From positions 1 to 33,085 of IMG/VR virus record IMGVR_UViG_3300016476_000512: a stretch of 33,085 nucleotides of DNA, one strand, 5' to 3'. Source of the stretch: a virus. Taxonomy: Duplodnaviria > Caudoviricetes. How positions within the stretch are numbered: position 1 is the first letter of the stretch; every line of letters starts with the position of its first letter. A model generated the notes under the pieces. That model made no database searches, was not told where the DNA came from, and saw nothing but the letters and a program-made list of their open reading frames with translations. This document shows positions 20,001 to 25,363 of the stretch, in pieces. Both the position numbers and the translations under genes were made by a program.

Positions 20001-23000
20001 TAGCCAAGTCCGATACATTGACTACGAACAAGGCGACTTAATCTACCGCAGTAGATACTGGGGCGATACATTCCCTGGCAGCAAAATTGCGGTATATGAG
20101 TGGGTTAAGAGTTTATACCTACCAAGTCAATACGTTGCAAATGGCGGCAATGGTGTGCCTAAGGATCAAAACGATATTTACTATGTAAGTCAGATTATCG
20201 TTGATCCAAGTACAGGGCTAGTAACTACCTACTATTACTACTGGGTAGAGAAAAAGACTACTGTAGATACTGTTAAAACTAATAGAACAAACAGCGTCTA
20301 TACTATCAGCCAGATCATCGAAAATCCCAAGGATCAAGGTATTCCTTATGCTGCACCAATGGCTAGAAATAGTCTGAACCTATACAACATAACCAACTAC
20401 TTAACAGGTAGAGACGTTGCGTTGCACATTGACTTTAGCCCATTTGGTGATACAAACATTATCCACAGTGAGTACCAATTAGTAAGAGAAGGCGATGATA
20501 CTCTAGCTATACCTGACCGTATCATTAATAAGATACAGGACAGTCTAGCTGGTATCGACTCGGCTGGATTGGCAGTACCCGACCCTTCCTTACCACCTCC
20601 TACTAAACTTGGCATCGGTATTCGTCCTCGTCAGACTGTATTTGATAACAGGGAAACTGCGGTCGAGAACTTTGTTAAGTTTATTAACAGAGTATTTGAA
20701 GAGCACCCAATTGCTTATACTTGCGATTTAACTAGATTAAACGCTGGTGAGGAAATACCAGTAGCAGGTTCCGGGGCCTGGGATATAAGTGTAGACACAA
20801 CCAACGAGCTAGACTACATCGACCGAAGCTTACTGGCCAATGGAGAGAAAGTATTAGTTAAAACAGACACTAATAATGATAACCTGTGGGCTATCTACAA
20901 ATGGAACGTTGCAGAATCTTTTTGGATCCTAGAAAAGATCCAAGGTTTTTATACTGGGATCTATTGGAGCCTTGTTGACTGGTACAAGAGCGACTTCGAT
21001 TTTACAGTTAAACCTACATATACAATTGATGCGTACTATCAAATTCAGACTCTCTCCCTTAGAGCAGGGGACATTATTAAGTTGAATGACAACGGCAAGG
21101 GCGAGTTTGTATTCTATCGTGTAGCAGGTGATCTAACATTAGAAATTGTAGGTATTCAAAACGGTACTATTCGAGTCAACGACAGCGTCTACGACCTTGC
21201 TGCGGGTAACATGGCATTCGACAACGATAACTTTGATACAATCCGATTTGACCAAAACCCAATTGTCGAAATTCGAAATATTTTCTCTGCGGTATACAAC
21301 GACATTTTTATTAAAGATATTAAAATTGAGTTCAACAGATTGTTCTTTAGCTTAATTAACTACATCTTTAGTGAACAAAAATCAACAGACTGGATTTTTA
21401 AAACCAGTTTCATTGACGTCGAACACCGTATTAGAGATCTTGCTCAGTATCCGAGCTATGTTAAGGATAACCAGACTTTCTACGAAGATTATATCAACGA
21501 AGTAAAACCTTATCGTAGTCAAATTAGAGAATATGTGCCTCGTTACGACGGCTTAGACTACTTGAATGCAGGTGCAACTGACTTTGACATTCCGTCTAGC
21601 TATAACACCGTAAACGGAACATTTAGAAGCCCGGACGGCAATCTTCCAAACGATGCAACCGATCTTGCTACTCTACCTCAATATAATGACTGGTACAATA
21701 ACCACGAATACAAAGTTGTTGAGTTAGTTATTGACAATCCGGGAACCGGTTTTACGCTAACACCTAACATCACCATCAGTGGCGGCGGCGGTGCTGGAGC
21801 AACAGGTATTGTTCGAATTAATTCGAACACAGGTGGAATCAGTTCTGCTTCTATTGTTACACCGGGTGCTGGCTTTACGTCCACGCCGACTGTAACTATC
21901 AACGGTAACGGAACTGGAGCAGTAATAAGTGCCAAGCTCAAGAATGTGTTTTACAAAGAAGACCCAACTAAGAGCTACAACACTGTTAGAACATTTAACA
22001 CATCGTTGATTTTCGATCGTGTTTCTTATACTGCTAACGTAGTTGATTGGCAACCTAATGTTGCATTTACTGCATCTATCACTGTTGGTACCGGAACAGG
22101 AAATATCTGGCTAGCGGCAGGCAATCTTGTGCAGTATAGTAACAAGTTATACTACCCGTTTGCAGCTAATGTAACAAACGAAACAACTTTTGACGCAACC
22201 TTGTATCAAGAAGTTTCTCCTGCTAACGTTTTAGTAACTGCAAGCGAGCGTGTAATGGGTTATTACAACCCAACAGATGGTATGCCAGGACGAAACATTT
22301 CGTCAGTTATCGGTAACATCGACTATCCTGGTGTAATTGTTGACGGCATTGACTTTGCTAATACCAAAGTCGGTGATATCGATACAACAATTAGCAGTAC
22401 CTTTATTGACACTAGCCTAGGTACCAAGCCAGAAGACATTAACCTAGATGGCGGTGCTTTCGTTGATACCTTTAGCAGCCATGCGCCAGAGGAACTTCTC
22501 CCCGGTACAGTGTTTGATACCCTAGAAATGCAAGTCTTTACTAAAATTTCTAGCAACACCTCGGTACTTGGACACCGCGTTTTCAAGAACATGAGAGGAA
22601 ACGTATCGTACACAAGGATTGCAGACAGCGCATCTACTAGACTATCAAGCCAGTTGTTACTAACTGACAGCAATATCAATGTTGTAAACGCCAGCGTTTT
22701 ACCTATGCCTAACCGTAGCTTAAACATCCCTGGTGTGGTGTTCATTAACGGAGAAAAAGTTATCTACTGGAATGTAGATTACACCAACAACGTGCTATAC
22801 GAAATTGTGCGTGGTGTTGACGGAACTGGTGCTGCAAATGTACATACTGCAAACAGCAGAGTAGTTGACAGCAGTATTCAGCAATCTGTGCCGGGCTATG
22901 CTACAACTAAGACTCAAGAGTTTGTTGGTAATAACGTACAAAGAACATTTACTTGCTCTAACTTAAACACTATCCATCCTGATAGCGTAAGCGTCCAGGT

Positions 23001-23217
23001 AAACAATGTACCAGTTGACTTTGTATTAGTAACTTACCCTAACATAACTGTTAAGTTGTTGACTGCACCAGTTACTGGAGCAAACGTAACAGTGGCGGCA
23101 GCAGTAGAAAGACCTTGGTTGAATATGACCGGAAACGTAGCAGATGGTACAGGGTTCGAAGGATCTACTACTGCACAAGTTACTTTCTTAAAAGCAAATG
23201 TGAGTTATAGCCCATGA
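11059..23217 (+). CDS. Giant (4052 aa) baseplate wedge/virion structural protein, gp7-like, with an FG-GAP-like beta-propeller and carbohydrate-binding-like modules
   Basis: Uninterrupted 12.2-kb ORF directly after gp6. The N-terminus FLPEIF...KFL resembles gp7/gpI-type wedge starts. It carries seven FG/LG-xS/T...V-G-A-P repeats, WKPGVDYRKGTLVSY (CBM5/12-like) and two PG(T/A)GFT..P...I.G.G.GA repeats. Confidence 0.7.
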   Translation: MAAIKTINFLPEIFRTDTNKKFLNATLDQLVSEPNLKRVNGYIGRKFAPTYKSSDSYIDEIDSQRQNYQLEPGAVVYNPETDNVDFYGSYIDLVNKVKYHGGITDNHSRLFGGEFYSFDGKFDFDKLINFSQYYWLPKGPESVTVTANSVPMTYTWDVEVDVTSGAWRFSDRNKVDLNPNITLAYGGVYTFNVKAGQFWIQTEATTTGFNPLHPGIDLREVLGVENNGATSGQVTFRVPQPSGQDRFTKMIDPVNGVEVDFATSLTYKDLQGNTVSNLNDVLKGIDGVKSDPNGKKIIFVGSAIDDIFWTVESNVDPQTLTPIDPLLVVPKEDRTKTWIVQVDQDGVINLVAYDPIDKNKAVYVKSGVLNASRYFYVDYTGFYKPVPLITAPLTTLAYQNSQSGSGFGTISLVNPSNAVINPDLEIVGKKYYTSPNGVTFTNGLKVKFDSTVFPNSYYAYKFDDYVDWKGFVISRGGYITGDQNSGYAYMDDARIGEWSAVNGLIYKEWYVEGVGTGIKLVNSNTLIAPELENLNTHDYITINRSSLDGNAWSRSNRWFHIDVIKATDTYNGSTTPIDQNSRAKRAIIEFDPNLKLFQYGKVALDPINQLDYVITDAYSQVVTRITDNANSMTITNNGNSVTLNNGDRVIFASDANPIVRRKIYKFKIVDISENPFANLYIGLIEEDGLVEVQEGNDLLVLVTGGQNANKQFYFDGVNWLLCQQKTKVNQPPLFDAFDENGVSYGDTNTYVNSSFKGTTIFSYKVGTGTADSVLGFPLSYRTFNNIGDIQFENTWDTQQFTYLVSPNTLTKNINSGYLHITIDLQNYQEANLWEKVVEQSKQYQIISHTADGVNNLFEIDILPNPSTTTEGYKALPNINVFVNNKFVDVNSFGLAQVGIRYAVLVNPVILKAGDTVDILIYSDSVSKMGYYQIPQNLENNSLNQNFDSLTLGQIRNHLIKISQNSQDVTGAVPGNSNIRDLDIKCQGGVILKHSSPVVYSNLFLVDNNLNFVESLKLAQKEYTRVKNKIVELSTTIEVNVTNIAETLDNILYVINGVKNKNFPWYHSDMLPWGQNKKVLPAYTVLDPRIREYELSSIFNPTALSNKAVLIYLTRSTGTQTTTELLKHEIDYVFNSNSPSFRILDSFNLNYDDILTVVEYFDTDGNFIPETPTKLGLYPKFVPEIYTDETYASGPVTVIRGHDGSITPAYGDFRDQILLEFERRIYNNIKVKFAHEDLVQHIPGAFRVTDYSLAEWNQILSSSFLTWIGNNRLDYSTNNYFQSNNPWTWNYKNFKDTLEPGKVVSDRNNLQGTWRAVYQYFFDTDKPHTHPWEMLGFRHKPDYWDSRYGPAPYTGGNLILWNDLMEGYIHDGDRKGYDLRYARRRVVDPETSTIIRLGLVDIIPVDDAGNLRPPSEILVSNFNSSKANASYAIGDQGPVETAWRRSSDYPYALTLATALMKPAEFFGSYINIDRLIYNTKFGQWVTKDTNQHIIPTAIEVNGYTNASGTIFRTAGYINWISDYLKNLGIGDPQSLIKTYLKNLNTQLSYKVGGFTDKNYVKVLAEQGSPNSTNDSIVIPDTNYRIELYKSVPVNRITYSAVIVEKTQNGYTVSGYNLGSPYFTIVPSLANNNSYSVKVGRLTGVIYKDYQRVRVRVPYGFEFATSQEVVDFLVGYQRQLQSQGFVFNDYDQDLKAKKDWILSAKEFLTWAQQGWNPGNVIILSPVDQKLSVSSADSVVDEIVNLPSGSKLLDPNFAVIKSNAMTIMRQDNRFSVEAIKGQTIAFADLNLVRFEHVLIFDNVTSFNDVIYSPSTGNRQYRLKLVGSKTAEWTGALNPPGFIYNSSKVDEWKPGVDYRKGTLVSYKANYFVALENVTANELFVTTSWKQINKSSIKTGILPNFATNAAKSENFYDLDNQPTDETLNFYSNGITGFRERQFLTDLNLDVETQSKFYQGYIKQKGTKNSVLALAQAQIANISSEVNLFEEWAVRVGEYGATESNKYVEIILDDSTVTSNPVPLEFLETAAVKTLGFSSYHPSDIYQSSLDFKPDVFDIYETSASKKTLPVAGYASLDQVSTTIFDLANYTSLQSIIDQIGIGYTIWTAKGFTGSWDVYRVSETNCQVTSLSYSIDNVAQFTTNRPHGLSVGDVVAVKGFDSRFDGFYQIFATPTTNSFSVGLRQNYALLSQLINVAGRGLLFKLTSSRIQKPSDIDTIRPKYGWAAGDKVWVDNLDSEGNWGVYNKAEPWGFVSQINLNSSEYSGNDQFGSSVQLSKDASILYAGAPYSAGTGRAAVFLKTSTGDWVENSNFVINSYGVVGFGQAIQVSSKTFVVAAPLSFNSRGYVFVFTISNNGIQINQVLTDPTGTSNGLFGETISLSDDGEWLYVGAPGTGKVFAYGRTSRASTSQQITADGIANDFTLSNQTITDPASLLVTSDVPYIPNVQYTIVNVGGTYKLRFIDDAGTPTPPSPGSILVTFHSTYDLKDTWTGVTGFGKSVKTNAAGNQVVVGSNKETVNGTMLAGKTYVYDRSIEGFIASGTQNTFIPTRPLQSKYRVTLNGQEMTQGVNYYLVSGNIQFVTTPAAGSIVNIETNYFALIQSFGSKVSMYAQELGTSADICPNTCSLYVSAPNYSTADYQFGAVYRFVNQGKLYGTITGNTKNPTVTPGHSIRINNVVIQFTDSTLVHVINKINGSGIPGVTATSVDGYLKIQSSSVIQFNKLDVLPSVGTAISDLGLDIFVQAQKITHPNSTPENEFFGSTVKISDTADQLVVGSRGGNSYLNTTFDENTSTFDIGSTNMVDKVQGSGAVYVYDLMENPYETAENPSMFAYVQQLTPGAESSQLDSGFNLGASIDIKNGYVVIGANYHSQFNNGGCVFAFDNADGTGGWDLIRYKEPRVDPESIDRIYVYNTKSKSILARLDCYDPVKGKILGVAEADLDHVSEEDPAVYNDGNPADGNGTGTDLSYDALYHWSDLQEGRTWWDTSQVRYIDYEQGDLIYRSRYWGDTFPGSKIAVYEWVKSLYLPSQYVANGGNGVPKDQNDIYYVSQIIVDPSTGLVTTYYYYWVEKKTTVDTVKTNRTNSVYTISQIIENPKDQGIPYAAPMARNSLNLYNITNYLTGRDVALHIDFSPFGDTNIIHSEYQLVREGDDTLAIPDRIINKIQDSLAGIDSAGLAVPDPSLPPPTKLGIGIRPRQTVFDNRETAVENFVKFINRVFEEHPIAYTCDLTRLNAGEEIPVAGSGAWDISVDTTNELDYIDRSLLANGEKVLVKTDTNNDNLWAIYKWNVAESFWILEKIQGFYTGIYWSLVDWYKSDFDFTVKPTYTIDAYYQIQTLSLRAGDIIKLNDNGKGEFVFYRVAGDLTLEIVGIQNGTIRVNDSVYDLAAGNMAFDNDNFDTIRFDQNPIVEIRNIFSAVYNDIFIKDIKIEFNRLFFSLINYIFSEQKSTDWIFKTSFIDVEHRIRDLAQYPSYVKDNQTFYEDYINEVKPYRSQIREYVPRYDGLDYLNAGATDFDIPSSYNTVNGTFRSPDGNLPNDATDLATLPQYNDWYNNHEYKVVELVIDNPGTGFTLTPNITISGGGGAGATGIVRINSNTGGISSASIVTPGAGFTSTPTVTINGNGTGAVISAKLKNVFYKEDPTKSYNTVRTFNTSLIFDRVSYTANVVDWQPNVAFTASITVGTGTGNIWLAAGNLVQYSNKLYYPFAANVTNETTFDATLYQEVSPANVLVTASERVMGYYNPTDGMPGRNISSVIGNIDYPGVIVDGIDFANTKVGDIDTTISSTFIDTSLGTKPEDINLDGGAFVDTFSSHAPEELLPGTVFDTLEMQVFTKISSNTSVLGHRVFKNMRGNVSYTRIADSASTRLSSQLLLTDSNINVVNASVLPMPNRSLNIPGVVFINGEKVIYWNVDYTNNVLYEIVRGVDGTGAANVHTANSRVVDSSIQQSVPGYATTKTQEFVGNNVQRTFTCSNLNTIHPDSVSVQVNNVPVDFVLVTYPNITVKLLTAPVTGANVTVAAAVERPWLNMTGNVADGTGFEGSTTAQVTFLKANVSYSP

Positions 23218-23228
23218 TAATTAACGCA

Positions 23229-23237
23229 ATAAATACT
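23229..23237 (+). promoter_or_regulatory. Late promoter-like box ATAAATACT
   Basis: Third copy of ATAAATACT. Its TAAATA core ends 5 nt before ATG 23241. Confidence 0.6.
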
Positions 23238-23240
23238 GAT

Positions 23241-23879
23241 ATGGAAGAAAAAATGGAACAAGTTCAACAAATGGAACAAAAGAAGCCTGACGAAGCAAGC
23301 GGAATATATGTTCGCGGACACATCAAAATTCATGATCCGGAATCCGGGGAAGTGTTTATTGATAAGCCCAATGCTATTCACTACGAAAATATCAGCGAGG
23401 CACTGGCATATAGTTTAGCAGACAAGTCTGGTAACTTCATTTATACAATGAATTTCGGAAACGGTGGTACTAGCGTTGACCCTACTGGGGTAATTAACTA
23501 TTTGCCAGCTAACACCACTGGGCAAAATGCAACTCTGTATAACCAAACATTTAGCAAAATTGTTGACGATTTAGATGCAGGTAATTTAGATCCTTCTAAT
23601 AACAAACTAGAAGTGCGCCATATTCCTGGACAGCTATACACAGACATTTTGGTTACTTGTTTAATTGACTATGGCGAGCCAAATAACCAAGCAGCGTTTG
23701 ATAACAGTCAAAATTTAAACAGCGACTATGTTTTTGATGAACTAGGTCTTTTCAGCTCAGCTGGAAAAATGCTAACTCACGTGGTTTTTCACCCAGTACA
23801 GAAGAGCCTAAACCGTAAAATTCAGATCGATTACACAGTGCGAGTTCAAGCTTTAACTAACTTAAGTTCGATTGGATAA
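23241..23879 (+). CDS. Virion structural protein, probable baseplate-fibre attachment/collar-like domain
   Basis: MNFGNGG...LYNQ...FDELGLF...LTHVVFHPVQKS...IDYTVRV resembles fibre-attachment domains. The ORF track starts at 23214 (ATGA overlap); I prefer 23241 because the promoter box lies between the two ATGs, but the start is uncertain. Confidence 0.55.
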   Translation: MEEKMEQVQQMEQKKPDEASGIYVRGHIKIHDPESGEVFIDKPNAIHYENISEALAYSLADKSGNFIYTMNFGNGGTSVDPTGVINYLPANTTGQNATLYNQTFSKIVDDLDAGNLDPSNNKLEVRHIPGQLYTDILVTCLIDYGEPNNQAAFDNSQNLNSDYVFDELGLFSSAGKMLTHVVFHPVQKSLNRKIQIDYTVRVQALTNLSSIG

Positions 23880-23885
23880 TAAGAA

Positions 23886-25355
23886 ATGGCATACCTAGTT
23901 AATAAAACCGACGGTACCTTACTAACAACAATTCTTGATGGCCAGACTGACAGTACCTCGTCGAGTATTGTATTAATTGGTAAGCAAGTTACCAACTACG
24001 GTGAGATTCAAAACGAAGATTTTATTCACATACTGGAAAATTTCAGCAATAGTATTGATCCTGCTAATCCATTAGAAGGACAACTGTGGTGGAATAAATC
24101 TACTAACGTGATGAACGTCTTTGACGGAAGTCAATGGCGCCCAGTAACAGGTATGACCAGCGGCAACACTACTCCGACTAATAGTTATGTTGGAGACCAA
24201 TGGTGGGATACTACAAACGATCAGTATAAGATTTGGAATGGGACACAATGGACTGTTGTTGGGCCTGCATTTAGTAAGCTAGACGGGGTATCTGGGGCAA
24301 TAGTCGAAACAGTATACGACACACTAGCAAACAAACACATAATTGTTTCGCTATATCATAACGGAAATAGGACTTCCATTTTCAGTAGAGATGCCGAGTT
24401 TACTCCAAACGTAGCACTACCTGGGTTTACCTCTATTAAAACTGGTGCATCTTTTAGTTCTGAAGTGGACGCAATTAAATTTCACGGCACTGCAACAAAT
24501 GCAGATACCCTTGGTAATTTAACTCCTGGACAATTTCTAAGAAGCGATGTTGATGATACTACTACAGGTTCATTAACCGTTAAAGGACAATTCAATGTAG
24601 GTGACAATAACGAACTTTCTGCGTTTAGTAACGGGCTAGGACAAGTTGTTCTACAGAACAATTCTGTAAATGACGACATTATTGTCAAAGTTAACATTGC
24701 AAATATTCTAACAACTGCAATCACAGTCAACGGAACTACTGGTTTAGTGACTGTTCGCAGCGCACCCACAGACAGCTTAGGTATTGCAACTAAAGGGTAC
24801 ACAGACAGCTTAGTTAACGTTCTAAGAACTGACACTGGTAATTACCTTGCAGCTAACGTACTAACTCTTAATAACAAAATTGACGGGGTACAGGCTAATG
24901 TTACAGGCGCTAACGTTGCTATTGCAAACTTAAACACTGTTAAAGCTCCATTAAACAGTCCTGCATTAACTGGAGTTCCTACAACTCCTACCGCCCCTGC
25001 AGGAACAGCAAATACACAGGTTGCTAGTACAGCGTTTGTTGCCAGTGCAATTTCTGCCTTTGATACATCTAAGATATATTCTAGCGCAAGCACATTTGTT
25101 AAAACCTACACATCTAATGTACAAACAGTAATAAACAATACGGTTGTGTCGACCGCTAAATCAACAGGGATAGAAACTATTACACAGCCAGCTGGCGACA
25201 ACAGTACAAAAGTTTCGACAACTAATTATGTTGATAGAGCAATTAAAAACTTTGTAATAAACGGGTCTAACTACCAACCAACATGTTACGTCTCTAATCT
25301 TCCTCCGGACAACGGTGTTGGATCCGACGGTGACTTCTGGTTCCAATATAGATAA
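23886..25355 (+). CDS. Tail fibre / baseplate pin protein A (paralog of 28276..29820)
   Basis: N-terminal LIGK..NYGE..NE.F...LENF...P..GQLWW and GDQWWD repeats. It has ATKGYTD, a coiled-coil segment, the fibre motif KAPLNSPALTGVPTTPTAPAGTANTQVASTAFV and a C-terminal GSDGDFWFQY. Confidence 0.75.
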   Translation: MAYLVNKTDGTLLTTILDGQTDSTSSSIVLIGKQVTNYGEIQNEDFIHILENFSNSIDPANPLEGQLWWNKSTNVMNVFDGSQWRPVTGMTSGNTTPTNSYVGDQWWDTTNDQYKIWNGTQWTVVGPAFSKLDGVSGAIVETVYDTLANKHIIVSLYHNGNRTSIFSRDAEFTPNVALPGFTSIKTGASFSSEVDAIKFHGTATNADTLGNLTPGQFLRSDVDDTTTGSLTVKGQFNVGDNNELSAFSNGLGQVVLQNNSVNDDIIVKVNIANILTTAITVNGTTGLVTVRSAPTDSLGIATKGYTDSLVNVLRTDTGNYLAANVLTLNNKIDGVQANVTGANVAIANLNTVKAPLNSPALTGVPTTPTAPAGTANTQVASTAFVASAISAFDTSKIYSSASTFVKTYTSNVQTVINNTVVSTAKSTGIETITQPAGDNSTKVSTTNYVDRAIKNFVINGSNYQPTCYVSNLPPDNGVGSDGDFWFQYR

Positions 25356-25363
25356 AAACAAGT

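Noticed and set aside
24767-24813. 14-bp direct repeat CACAGACAGCTTAG (24767-24780 and 24800-24813)
   Set aside because: Only two in-frame copies (TDSL twice) inside a fibre gene. This is not a CRISPR array, and nothing supports an att site or target-site duplication.
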